64,000 nucleotides of DNA from positions 5,817,132 to 5,881,131 of the forward strand of contig OZ241997.1 of NCBI GenBank assembly GCA_965204435.1, in the 5' to 3' direction. How positions within the stretch are numbered: the stretch's first letter is position 1; every line of letters starts with the position of its first letter. Source of the stretch: Bryobacterales bacterium. Its GTDB lineage: Bacteria > Acidobacteriota > Terriglobia > Bryobacterales > UBA6623. This document shows positions 1 to 8,477 of the stretch, one piece after another. The position numbers and the translations under genes were made by a program. The notes under the pieces were generated by a model. That model ran no database searches. It worked only from the letters and a program-made list of their open reading frames with translations, and was not told the DNA's origin.

Positions 1-293
1 GAGCGCTGGCGGCAGGGTTGGTGGAAGAGCAGGCGGTCGAGGCGCAGGCTGCGGGCGAGGCCGAGCAGGGCGGAGACGGCGCCGTGCTGGCGCGCGCGCC
101 CGGCCTGGACGGGCGCGTGGGGGCTGCCGAGAGGGAGTTGGCGGTCGAGGGCGGCCTTGAGCAGGTCGATGAGGGGCTGGGGCAGAGCGGAGAGATTGGC
201 GAGGGTGCGTTTGTGGACCTTGCCGTCGCGCCAGTAGGATTCGCGCAAGAGGTGGCAGGGGGACTTGCGGGCGAAGGAGGAGGTGATGTGCAT
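1..293 (-). CDS. DDE transposase, N-terminal part (3' end outside window)
   Basis: ATG on the complement at 293-291. It translates to MHITSSFARKSPCHLLRESYWRDGKVHKRTLANLSALP, one substitution from the 590-aa ORF at 30935. Confidence 0.85.
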   Translation of the reverse strand, partial: MHITSSFARKSPCHLLRESYWRDGKVHKRTLANLSALPQPLIDLLKAALDRQLPLGSPHAPVQAGRARQHGAVSALLGLARSLRLDRLLFHQPCRQR

Positions 294-389
294 TGTATGA
301 CTAGGAACCGGCAGGTTCTAACCTGTAATAATGATAGCAAAAAAATGGATTAATGACAACTGGTGCAAGTCCTATTGTATGACTAGGAA
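292..389. repeat. IS-internal 16-bp direct repeat pair (ATTGTATGACTAGGAA at 292-307 and 374-389)
   Basis: Exact 16-mer occurs twice, 82 bp apart. The same pair with the same spacing is in copy 2. Confidence 0.8.
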
Positions 390-766
390 AAACAGTTTTT
401 GAGGGGCCATTCTGGGGGCATTGGGAGGGATAGCCAGTAGTGCTCGGAGGCTAAGCTATTGAATGCGAAGAGGTTAGGTGCCGGGCCTCAGGCACGCAAA
501 GGCCCATAGCACAAAAAGTGGTCGGGGTAAGTTGGGCTTAGCGCTTGCGTTCCTCGACAGGGAACACGCTGTCCGGGCCGGTCGTGACTCAATCCCCCAA
601 AGTGATCTGTCGGTTTCACCCCCAGCTCCCCCGCTAGCTTGGGACAGGTGCCGGGTGAGCCAACGTCGGGTCCGAAGGCGAACGTGTTGTTGCCGTGCCA
701 GACAGAACTTCGGCTGGCAGCCGAGACCCGCTGCTCAAGTGTCCACCGTCCCGATGGGGCGCAGCG

Positions 767-1714
767 TTACTCGGCGAGCTCGCGAAATCGGCCCATGGCT
801 GCCTCGGCGTCACCCTGTCGGCCGAGGCGTCGGTAGACCGAGACCAGGCTGTACTGGACGCTCGCATCGAGCGGCGCCAGCTGCGCGGCGCTCTCCAGCG
901 CTTCCGCTGCGAGGCGGAGCTTGTTCGCCTTCGCGTACACGATGCCCAGTTCCCGTTGGGCGGGGGCGTGGCCGCGGTCCGCGGCCAACGCGGCGGCGAG
1001 CGCAGTCTCAGCCGCCTCCAAGTCGCCGAGGTCGTGTAACAGGCTGCCTAGGTGATAGTGCGGCCAAGCAGACACCGTGAGCTCTTCGCGGTTTAGCGAA
1101 ATCGCCCGCTCCAAGGCCGTGATCGCGGCGCTAGGCCGGCCTAGCCCCTCAAGGCACTGCCCGCGCAGATCGTGCGCCGCCGCCAGTTCAGGCGTGCTTT
1201 CGAGGATCTGATCCAGCTGTGACAGTGCTGCGGAAAACTGCCCTTGGTCGTAGTGAACCTGAGCTAGGGATAGCCTGTAGCGGTCCGAGTCCCCTTGCTG
1301 CGCGACCAGCCGATCCAGTTCCGCTCGGGCCCAGTGTCGTCGCTCTAGGCGAATAAACGAACCGGCAAGTAGGAATCGCGCCTCGGGCTCCAGCGGCGCA
1401 AGCGCGTCGGATCTCTTCAGGGCCGAGGCAGCCGAGAAGTAGCGCCCCGCTTGGTAGTGCGCGATGCCTAGAGCACGCAGCAGGGTTGCGGGCTGCGGAC
1501 TGCTGCTGGCCGCCTTGAAGAGGATGTCCTCGACAGCTGGCCACTGTTCGGCAGCGATGGCGGCCCGCAGTCGCTCGGCGGTGGCGGGCTGCAGGCCGAG
1601 TTCCTCGGTCCGCAGCGACACTGCGTTCTCAACCCCGAGAGCGCGCGGAGCGAATTGTAGTGCAACTGCAGCCACGGCTAGCGGGCCGACCAACAAACGT
1701 ACTCGTCCGTTCAA
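767..1714 (-). CDS. TPR-repeat protein, secreted
   Basis: 315-aa ORF. TTG start with AAGGGAGG 8 nt upstream. Signal-like N-terminus LLVGPLAVAAVALQFAP. Repeated A/L/Y-rich helical units of roughly 34 aa. Confidence 0.75.
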   Translation of the reverse strand: MNGRVRLLVGPLAVAAVALQFAPRALGVENAVSLRTEELGLQPATAERLRAAIAAEQWPAVEDILFKAASSSPQPATLLRALGIAHYQAGRYFSAASALKRSDALAPLEPEARFLLAGSFIRLERRHWARAELDRLVAQQGDSDRYRLSLAQVHYDQGQFSAALSQLDQILESTPELAAAHDLRGQCLEGLGRPSAAITALERAISLNREELTVSAWPHYHLGSLLHDLGDLEAAETALAAALAADRGHAPAQRELGIVYAKANKLRLAAEALESAAQLAPLDASVQYSLVSVYRRLGRQGDAEAAMGRFRELAE

Positions 1715-1718
1715 GTGG

Positions 1719-2420
1719 CTAGCCTCCCTTGCAGTCCGGGGGCAGGGCCGGATTGATCCGGCGCAATCGTGTGCAAGCCGTTGCTGCGCCCGCCGCGTCG
1801 CCGGTCGATTCCAAGAGCAGGATGAGAGGTTCGTAGGGGCTCACGAACCAGGGGTCGGCTTGCACGCTCCGCTGAAACGCCTGTAGCGCACTGGATGCAT
1901 CGCCAAGTGCCAGCTGCAGCCTGCCAATCTCGAACCAAGCCTGTGCGTATCCAGGGTGCGCTTGGGTCGCGCTCTGAAGATGTGCGAGAGCCTTGTCGAT
2001 CTCTCCGCTTGATCCGCGTTCCAGTTCCCTCACTGCCGCGTGGAAGTGTCTTGTCGCGTCGGCAGGAGCGGCGAGGTGCGACACGCTGATGCTCTCGCCG
2101 TGGTGCTTGCCCAAGCGGTGCAGGACAACCCCAGGAATGAGCGGATCCACCGGGAGCTCGGCCAACTCAACGCTGGCCGTCCTGTAGCCCCGTGCGGTGA
2201 CGGTCGCCGAGCAGCCTAGCAGGTCGGAGAGACTTGAGAACTCGAACCAGCCCTCCGGATCTACGCCCACCTCGGACTGTGCCGCGGCGCCGCAGCGCAA
2301 GGCCACTTGCGTGGACCCCGGCAGGGGCATGCCGTCGTCTGTGACGATGCGCCCCCGCACGGAGCCGCTAAGCGCCGACGCGGCCGCGAGGCCCAGCAGC
2401 ACCACTAGCTTCGCGCCCAT
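1719..2420 (-). CDS. Secreted protein with carboxypeptidase-regulatory-like N-domain and TPR-like C-terminus
   Basis: The track ORF runs to 2717 but that extension overlaps the divergent gene. The internal ATG at 2420 gives signal peptide MGAKLVVLLGLAAASALSG followed by GRIVTDDGMPLPG. It lies 4 nt upstream of the next TPR gene. Confidence 0.65.
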   Translation of the reverse strand: MGAKLVVLLGLAAASALSGSVRGRIVTDDGMPLPGSTQVALRCGAAAQSEVGVDPEGWFEFSSLSDLLGCSATVTARGYRTASVELAELPVDPLIPGVVLHRLGKHHGESISVSHLAAPADATRHFHAAVRELERGSSGEIDKALAHLQSATQAHPGYAQAWFEIGRLQLALGDASSALQAFQRSVQADPWFVSPYEPLILLLESTGDAAGAATACTRLRRINPALPPDCKGG

Positions 2421-2445
2421 GCGGCACCATGATACTGGGGTGTCG

Positions 2446-4140
2446 ATGCTGCCGGTGCGGATCATGGCCTGCCTGCTGGCTCTAGCCACTGGTACGGCAG
2501 TGGCGCAGCGATTCGAGGATGCCCTCGCGCGCACTGGAATCGATTTCGTGCACGCCCCGTCGAAGACACCGCGCAAGTACCTGCCGGAGACCATGGGTGG
2601 CGGAGTCGCCCTGTTAGACGCCGATCTTGACGGGCGCTTGGACGTATTCTTCGTCAATGGTGCCGGCCTCTCGTTCCCGCACGCCGAAGGTGTCGAACCG
2701 GACAAGTCCGATCCCAACTATTGGAATCGCCTCTACATCAACCGCGGCGACTGGCGCTTTGAAGATGTCACCGAGACCTACGCGCTGCAGGGGCGAGGCT
2801 ACGGCATGGGTGCGGCTGTGGGCGACTATGACAACGATGGCGACCCTGACCTATTGGTGACGAGTTTGGGCACCGGGGACTCGCCGGCGGCCCAGCTCTA
2901 CCGCAATGACGCCGGGCGCCGCTTTGTTGAGGTCACGCGGGAGGCGGGTATTGATGTACAGGGCTGGGCCACCAGCGCGGGGTTTTTCGACGCCGACAAC
3001 GATGGGGACTTGGACCTGCTGATCCTGCGCTACATGCGGTGGAGATTTGATGTCGACCATCGCTGCGGCATGGAAGCCAGCCACGGCCGCTCGTACTGTC
3101 ACCCGGATCTGTTCCCGCCCGAATCGAACGTGCTCTACCGCAACAACGGGGATGGCACCTTCAGCGATGCGAGTGTTTCCTCGGGCATCGCCGACCATGC
3201 CGGCAAGGGCCTGGGGCTCGCCTTCGCGGACTACGACCTAGATGGCTGGACGGACGTCGCCATTGCGAATGACTCGCACCGGCAGTTCTTGTTCCGCAAT
3301 CTTGGGAATGGCAAGTTTTCCGAAGAGGCGCTCATAGCGGGCACCGCCTTTGACGACCACGGCGCGGAATTCGCCGGCATGGGCATCCTGTTTGAGGATC
3401 TGGATGACGACAGCCTTGCAGACTTGGTCGTTACGACGCTCTCGCAGGAGCGCTATGCGCTCTTCTTTAATGCCGGCGGCGGCTTGTTCGACTACTCCAC
3501 GGGGCGCTCAGGGCTCGGGAGCGCGACCCAGCTGTTCGCGGGTTGGGGTCTCGCTGCATTTGATGCAGATGCAGACGGACGGCGCGAGATCTTCTTCGCC
3601 AACGGACATGTGATGGACAACATCGAGCAGTCCCAGCCACACATCAGCTACCTGCAGCCGCCGCTGCTGTTTAGACTCGACGGCCGCGCTCTGACGGATG
3701 CGTCCGACTCGGCAGGGGCGTTGTTTTCGACCGCATGGGCGAGTCGAGGCGCTGCTGTCGGGGACTTGGACGACAACGGCTTGCCGGACCTAGTCGTGTC
3801 GAACCTCGGCGGCGTGCCGTACGTTGCGCGAAACGTGTCTAGCGGAGGCAACGGCTGGATCGGGGTGCGACTCGAAGGCTGCGCGAGCAACCGCGACGGT
3901 CTTGGTGCCAGTGTCATGCTGGAGGGCGACGACGGCCGGGCCCAGCGCCGGACGGTGACGCGTAGCGGCAGTTACTTGGCTGCTCGGGATCCCCGAGTGT
4001 TCTTCGGAACCGGCCCGCGGCAGGCGGTGGGAAGCCTCACTGTGACTTGGCCGAGCGGAGCTGTGTCGACATTCGAGGACGTGCGAGCCAATGAGGTCAA
4101 CGTGATCCAAGAGACGCCCGGCTGCAATCTGGACCTCTGA
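2446..4140 (+). CDS. CRTAC1-family protein (FG-GAP/VCBS repeats plus ASPIC/UnbV C-terminal domain)
   Basis: Multiple DxDxDG repeats (DADLDGRLD, DYDNDGDPD, DADNDGDLD, DYDLDGWTD, DLDDNGLPD). C-terminal NGWIGVRLEG...RSGSYLAARDPRVFFGTG. Start set at ATG 2446, giving signal-like MLPVRIMACLLALATGTAVA. Confidence 0.85.
   Translation: MLPVRIMACLLALATGTAVAQRFEDALARTGIDFVHAPSKTPRKYLPETMGGGVALLDADLDGRLDVFFVNGAGLSFPHAEGVEPDKSDPNYWNRLYINRGDWRFEDVTETYALQGRGYGMGAAVGDYDNDGDPDLLVTSLGTGDSPAAQLYRNDAGRRFVEVTREAGIDVQGWATSAGFFDADNDGDLDLLILRYMRWRFDVDHRCGMEASHGRSYCHPDLFPPESNVLYRNNGDGTFSDASVSSGIADHAGKGLGLAFADYDLDGWTDVAIANDSHRQFLFRNLGNGKFSEEALIAGTAFDDHGAEFAGMGILFEDLDDDSLADLVVTTLSQERYALFFNAGGGLFDYSTGRSGLGSATQLFAGWGLAAFDADADGRREIFFANGHVMDNIEQSQPHISYLQPPLLFRLDGRALTDASDSAGALFSTAWASRGAAVGDLDDNGLPDLVVSNLGGVPYVARNVSSGGNGWIGVRLEGCASNRDGLGASVMLEGDDGRAQRRTVTRSGSYLAARDPRVFFGTGPRQAVGSLTVTWPSGAVSTFEDVRANEVNVIQETPGCNLDL
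3946..4140 (+). repeat. Left copy of a ~195-bp imperfect direct repeat (functional 3' end of the CRTAC1/ASPIC gene)
   Basis: Aligns by eye at about 80% identity with 6737-6932. The first ~57 nt differ at 2 positions plus one 1-nt indel. Confidence 0.8.
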
Positions 4141-4173
4141 TGAGTGCAGACCATGCTCGTTTGCGCGCAGGCT

Positions 4174-4220
4174 ATGCACAGGTCGGCCAGACGTGGTTCG
4201 CGTGGGGCCGACCTGTGCAT
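4174..4220 (+). terminator. Strong hairpin 34 nt after the ASPIC stop (15-bp perfect stem, 17-nt loop)
   Basis: ATGCACAGGTCGGCC at 4174-4188 is the exact reverse complement of GGCCGACCTGTGCAT at 4206-4220. There is no U-tract, so intrinsic-terminator function is inferred only. Confidence 0.45.
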
Positions 4221-4501
4221 CTTGAGCGTCCCTAGGAACTGTGCGTCGTCCAAGCTAATCCGCTTTCCCAATCATTGCGTAACGGTGGAATCTGGCACGC
4301 GAAATCGACATGGAGACCAAGTTGGTGTACCTGACGCTCTCTAACGGCGTTGTCTGTACTGCCAAGTGCGTCGGCGATCAAGGTTACGTCACGCTGCCTC
4401 TTGGGGAAGACAGGCTCCCTCGATCGGCAGCTTCGGAAGCGATTATTACTACGAGCCGCACCGGATCTTGCCGGCGATCGGTGCCGGGGTGGCAGTGTCT
4501 C

Positions 4502-5473
4502 TCAGGACAATCCCCTGTGACGGCGTACGTTGAGGGCCTTCCATTTGAGAAGCGGCTGGGCCTGGATCCGTTGTTGTAGGGTGGTGTTGGCGGTCAAGAG
4601 CGCCCCGTCGATTTCCCCTCGGTCCAACAGCAGATCTAGAAATGCGAGTTCGGCGTCGGTGAACGGCAGAACATTGGACAGCGCCCGCCTGCATTCTTCA
4701 ACGAGCCGCGCACCGTACTCCGCCAATGCCTCCTGATCTCGCGGTGGGCGGATGCGAAGGGTGGGTCCGAGTTGCCTCACCAGCTCCACGCTGTCGAAGT
4801 CTACATCGTCGGCCGAGACGGTCCGCCAGTCTCTGCGGTTCATACCCCCGTAGACAACGAAAGCAGTGCGGAGCCGTTCCCGCTGCAATTCGAACGCATC
4901 AAAGATGCGATGGCAGTCGAACAGGTCTCTTGCTTGCTGGCGCGAGAGTAGAGCAGAGAGCTTGCCGGCCACGAGCTCATGCAGGTCGAGAATGGGAACA
5001 CGCTTGGCTTGAAGATCCCCGAGCGGGTACGAATCGGCGTGGTGAATCTCCCAGAGCGGCTGCCGGTACATGAAATTGAAGTCCACCTCAATCTTCGCGG
5101 GCTGCCCGGCAAAGTTCGGGTAGCTGAGGCGCCACTTTCCGCCGGCGTGTTCGGCCGGCACTCTCCGGACAGCGAACCCTTCACGGGAAAAGACCGCTTG
5201 GGCCGCTTCCTCGATCCTAAGGCGGTCCGCCAGCATGTCCTCACGCCCTAGTGCACCGATGTAGTTGAGATCGATGTCTACTGACAACCTCGGGAGGTTG
5301 AGGACGAACAGGTTCAAGGCGGTGCCTCCCTTCAATACCCACTTCCCCCTCAGCGACGGGTGTGAGTTCAGGACGTTCAGAAGATGCGCTAGATGGAGAA
5401 CCTTCTCTACCGTACCCTCGTCGAACCCGTCGGGTCTGGCGATACTGCGGATTTCCGCCAGGGGGAATCTCAC
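4502..5473 (-). CDS. abiEii: AbiEii/AbiGii-family nucleotidyltransferase toxin (type IV TA / abortive infection)
   Basis: 323 aa. Contains KGGTALNLF and LSVDIDLNY motifs typical of DUF1814/AbiEii. The start overlaps the upstream antitoxin stop by 4 nt. Confidence 0.85.
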   Translation of the reverse strand: MRFPLAEIRSIARPDGFDEGTVEKVLHLAHLLNVLNSHPSLRGKWVLKGGTALNLFVLNLPRLSVDIDLNYIGALGREDMLADRLRIEEAAQAVFSREGFAVRRVPAEHAGGKWRLSYPNFAGQPAKIEVDFNFMYRQPLWEIHHADSYPLGDLQAKRVPILDLHELVAGKLSALLSRQQARDLFDCHRIFDAFELQRERLRTAFVVYGGMNRRDWRTVSADDVDFDSVELVRQLGPTLRIRPPRDQEALAEYGARLVEECRRALSNVLPFTDAELAFLDLLLDRGEIDGALLTANTTLQQRIQAQPLLKWKALNVRRHRGLS

Positions 5474-6309
5474 AGCGTTTCCCCCCAGGACCGATCTAGG
5501 ATTTCGGCCGGGATCATGAGGTTCCAGTCCTTGACCCAGCGGCAGCCTTTGGGTCGGCCGCGTGTCAGGTAGTGTGGCCGGCGCGGACAGAGTTCGCGCA
5601 GCGCCTCGAGGTGTGCCTCCTCCACCATCAACGGCTTGCGCTGCTGCTCCAGGAAGAATCCCACCTTGGCGGCGGTAGTCGCATTCCCCAGCAGTCGGGT
5701 GTAGGCGATGACCTGATCGAGGTCAAAAAACTCCACAGACTCCAGAGACCGCCAGATCTCCTCCCAGCCTCCGGACAACTCCGGCCGGTCCAGCACATCT
5801 ACCAGAGTGCGCTCGTGGTTAGTCACCCGTAGTGCGACGCCAGAGCGATCATGGCGGGTGACCCCGAACATCGCCTCGCCCTTCGCCAAGAGCGGCAATG
5901 GTGTGGGAGCGCCCCGGAACTCGTGCGACTGGAAGGTGAGCGGGAGCGACCTGCCCGCCGAGACATATACCAGCTGCCAATGGGCCGAGTAGGCCCTGCC
6001 GTGGAATTCCAAGGCCGTGTGATAGGCCAGCACGGAGTCCTCGGTCATCTTGGCCGCCACCAAGTACGGATCAACCGTCATGGAGGCCGCGTCCATGCCC
6101 CAGGGCACGGTCGTATATAGACCGCGACGCACTCGGAGGATGCGGCGCTGCTTGCGGTGATAGGCCAGCAGAGAGTTGCGTGTGTTCGTGTTGCGTGATC
6201 CCCGATCGTGCAGATAACGGTCCAACTCGTCTACCGTAAATACAGGGTGCCGTTCCAAGAAGCGATTGAGCCTGACGGGACCGTTCGTTTGATGATCGGT
6301 CGACATCAC
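5470..6309 (-). CDS. abiEi: AbiEi-family antitoxin / transcriptional regulator
   Basis: 279 aa with an N-terminal wHTH-like segment (FTVDELDRYL) and a C-terminal AbiEi_4-like region (LDRPELSGGWEEIWRSLE). It lies directly upstream of abiEii. Start is GTG 6309 or ATG 6306. Confidence 0.85.
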   Translation of the reverse strand: MMSTDHQTNGPVRLNRFLERHPVFTVDELDRYLHDRGSRNTNTRNSLLAYHRKQRRILRVRRGLYTTVPWGMDAASMTVDPYLVAAKMTEDSVLAYHTALEFHGRAYSAHWQLVYVSAGRSLPLTFQSHEFRGAPTPLPLLAKGEAMFGVTRHDRSGVALRVTNHERTLVDVLDRPELSGGWEEIWRSLESVEFFDLDQVIAYTRLLGNATTAAKVGFFLEQQRKPLMVEEAHLEALRELCPRRPHYLTRGRPKGCRWVKDWNLMIPAEILDRSWGETL

Positions 6310-6316
6310 ACTAGTT

Positions 6317-6345
6317 AATTTAGTTGTTTCCAGTTAATTTGTCAA
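6317..6345 (-). promoter_or_regulatory. Sigma70-like promoter of abiEi-abiEii (TTGACA-17 nt-TAAATT) embedded in short repeats
   Basis: On the minus strand, TTGACA is at 6345-6340 and TAAATT at 6322-6317. It ends about 8 nt before the start codon. AAATTAACT occurs twice, and GTCAAA...TTTGAC form an inverted repeat just upstream. Confidence 0.4.
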
Positions 6346-6415
6346 AAAAGGATTTGACGAAACGTCGAAATACTAGGCAGATTGCTCTGAGTCTCTGACC
6401 TGAAACACCATCATC

Positions 6416-6735
6416 CTATTGTTCCGTGGGCTGACGTTCTACGTAGCTGAGCGCTGCGCGAGCAAGCAAACTGGACCGGGTTTCGCCTTCTCGCGCCGCC
6501 GCCGCGCCCACGATTGCCAGAACGTGCGCTGGACCGTGATGTTGATCCGCCTCGTCTTGCTCTAGCTTGGAGGCATCGACATTCACGAGCGCCCAGATGC
6601 CACCCTTGTAATGCTCGCTCGCTCAGTGCGTTTCGAGCGATTCCCTTGCGGGTCTGGATTCTCCCTCCATCAACAGTCCCTCCAGATGGCAGGAGATGGC
6701 CTCGTGAGTAGATTCGACGGCTTCCTCAAGCGTAT
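6416..6735 (-). pseudogene. hicB: hicB antitoxin remnant (5'-truncated, in-frame TGA)
   Basis: Translates to GDTLEEAVESTHEAISCHLEGLLMEGESRPARESLETH*ASEHYKGGIWALVNVDASKLE...AAAAREGETRSSLLARAALSYVERQ. This matches the HicB N-domain end plus the RHH tail. The N-terminus is cut at the junction with the ASPIC fragment, and the in-frame stop is at 6623-6625. Confidence 0.7.
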
Positions 6736-6736
6736 C

Positions 6737-6932
6737 GCCGGGCGGTGACGCGTAGCGGAAGTTACTTGGCTGCTCGGGACCCCGAGTGTTCTTCGGAACT
6801 GGCCAGCGGCGGGTGCCGGAAAGCCTGACCGTGACCTGGCCGAGCGAAGCGGTGTCGAGGTGCGGGGATCTGCAAGCCAACGCGGTGAACGTGATCTCAG
6901 AGACGCCCGGCTGTAACCCGGTTCCCCGCTGA
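6737..6932 (+). pseudogene. Decayed duplicate of the CRTAC1/ASPIC gene 3' end (right copy of the direct repeat)
   Basis: About 80% identical by eye to 3946-4140. A 1-nt deletion (gggacccc versus gggatcccc) shifts the frame. After the shift it reads PRVFFGTGQRRVPESLTVTWPSEAVS...NVISETPGCNPVPR*. Confidence 0.8.
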
Positions 6933-7033
6933 GTCCCCCTTGCTCTGTTGCGGCCGCTAAGGATTCGCTTGCGCCGAGCCGCGGCCAGCTTGGTAGACTC
7001 TGTTTCGCTTCGCTGATCGCGAGTTGAACCGTA

Positions 7034-8476
7034 ATGCGGTTGATTGTCCGATGCGCCATCGTCGCTGGGCTTCTCGCCGGCCTGCTCCCGGCTGCTTCTC
7101 CTCCGCCAAACGTGATCGTGGTTCTGGTGGACGACTTGGGCTGGATGGACTTGGGTTGCCAGGGCTCGGACTTCTATCGCACCCCGAACATCGACCGCTT
7201 GGCTGCAACGGGCATGCGGTTTACCGATGGTTACGCCTCGTGTGCGGTCTGTTCGCCCACGCGGGCTGCCTTGATGACCGGACGGTCGCCGGCCAGACTT
7301 GGCATCACCGACTGGATCCGTGCTGAGTTCCAACTCAGCGCGCGCCAGTGGCCTAACGTCCGGGACAGATTCGGCTACCACCGCACGGGCACCGCCGATC
7401 GTGAATTGCTCACTCCCGTGAACGAGTTGCAGCTGCCGCACAGCGAGATCACGCTGGCTGAGCTGCTCAAGCCGGTCGGGTACGCCAGCGCCTTCATCGG
7501 GAAGTGGCACCTGGGAGGACGGGGTCACTTGCCGGTCGACCAGGGCTTCGACGAGAACTATGGCGGATGGGACTATGGACAGCCGCCGTCGTACTTCGAC
7601 CCGTTCGTGGAGCTTCCTCGGTTGCCGATGGGCATCCCTACGCTCGCGCCGCGGCAGCCCGGAGAGTATCTGACGGATCGTGAGGCAGACGAGGCCGTCG
7701 CGTTCATCGAGCGCAACAAGGACCGGCCGTTCCTGCTGTATTTGTCGCACTACGCGGTGCATACGCCGATTCAGGCCAAAGAGGACTTGATTGAGGAATA
7801 CGAGCGTCGCCGGGATGGCCAAGGGCAGGACGATGCTGTCTACGCGGCCATGGTGCATAGCGTGGATGACGCCATGGGGAGGTTGCTCGAGACTCTCGAC
7901 CGGACCGGCCTCACTGATCGCACGTTGATCGTGTTCACAGGCGACAACGGCGGGCTTGACCGTCAGGGCCGCCCGACCGAGAACGCTCCGTTGCGCAGCG
8001 GCAAGGGATACGCCTACGAAGGTGGGCTGCGAACGCCTTGGATCGTGCGCTGGCCGGGTGTCACAGAGGCCGGAGCGGTCTCTCCGGAGCCGGTTGCCAG
8101 CATTGATTTATTGCCCACGATTGCCGCAGCTGTCGGAACCAGGCCGCCCGCCGACCGGGAGATCGATGGCATTGACCTAGGCCCGGCCCTGCGGGGCGGC
8201 AAACTCCCTGAGCGGGCGCTCTTGTGGCACTTCCCGCACTACCGGCACGGCCCGGGCCACGATCCGTACTCAGTAGTGCGCAAGGGAGACTGGAAGCTGA
8301 TCCGCTTCTACGATCCGGCCAAGACCGAACTCTACAATCTTGCCGACGACCTCGGCGAAGCCAACGATCTGGCAGCCTCGGAACAGGATCGGGCCGACCA
8401 GCTCTCAGCCCTATTGGACGAGGGTCTCAAAGCCGTCCGCGCACGAATGCCGATCGCGACGCAACAGGCCCCGTGA
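7034..8476 (+). CDS. Sulfatase (Cys-type, arylsulfatase A family)
   Basis: 480 aa. Signal peptide, PNVIVVLVDDLG, and the CSPTRAALMTGR formylglycine signature. Confidence 0.9.
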   Translation: MRLIVRCAIVAGLLAGLLPAASPPPNVIVVLVDDLGWMDLGCQGSDFYRTPNIDRLAATGMRFTDGYASCAVCSPTRAALMTGRSPARLGITDWIRAEFQLSARQWPNVRDRFGYHRTGTADRELLTPVNELQLPHSEITLAELLKPVGYASAFIGKWHLGGRGHLPVDQGFDENYGGWDYGQPPSYFDPFVELPRLPMGIPTLAPRQPGEYLTDREADEAVAFIERNKDRPFLLYLSHYAVHTPIQAKEDLIEEYERRRDGQGQDDAVYAAMVHSVDDAMGRLLETLDRTGLTDRTLIVFTGDNGGLDRQGRPTENAPLRSGKGYAYEGGLRTPWIVRWPGVTEAGAVSPEPVASIDLLPTIAAAVGTRPPADREIDGIDLGPALRGGKLPERALLWHFPHYRHGPGHDPYSVVRKGDWKLIRFYDPAKTELYNLADDLGEANDLAASEQDRADQLSALLDEGLKAVRARMPIATQQAP

Positions 8477-8477
8477 T

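Larger units (their letters stand above)
1..536 (-). mobile_element. IS1634/IS4-like insertion sequence, copy 1, truncated by the window edge (transposase-proximal end only)
   Basis: The reverse complement of 1-536 aligns colinearly with 30692-31240 of the complete copy. The terminus GGGGTAAGTTGGG at 524-536 matches both ends of copy 2. Similarity stops at 537 (CTTAGC versus TCTAGA). Confidence 0.85.

Noticed and set aside
478-1080. ORFs reading outward across the IS terminus (478-1080 plus strand; 30541-30750 minus strand), both beginning MPGLRHAKAHS.KSGRGKLGL
   Set aside because: The shared part is just IS-end sequence. The continuations differ, are low-complexity, and overlap real genes or remnants. 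An outward promoter is possible, but a protein product is unlikely.
2197-2717. Long N-terminal extensions of the two divergent ORFs (2197-4140 plus strand and 1719-2717 minus strand), which overlap each other by 520 nt
   Set aside because: The extensions are Pro/Ser/Arg-rich with no features. Internal starts at 2446 and 2420 expose good signal peptides and remove the overlap.
6623-7858. 411-aa minus-strand ORF
   Set aside because: It is a chimera. Most of it is antisense to the sulfatase gene and to the ASPIC fragment. Only the last ~37 codons (6623-6735) are meaningful, as the hicB remnant.
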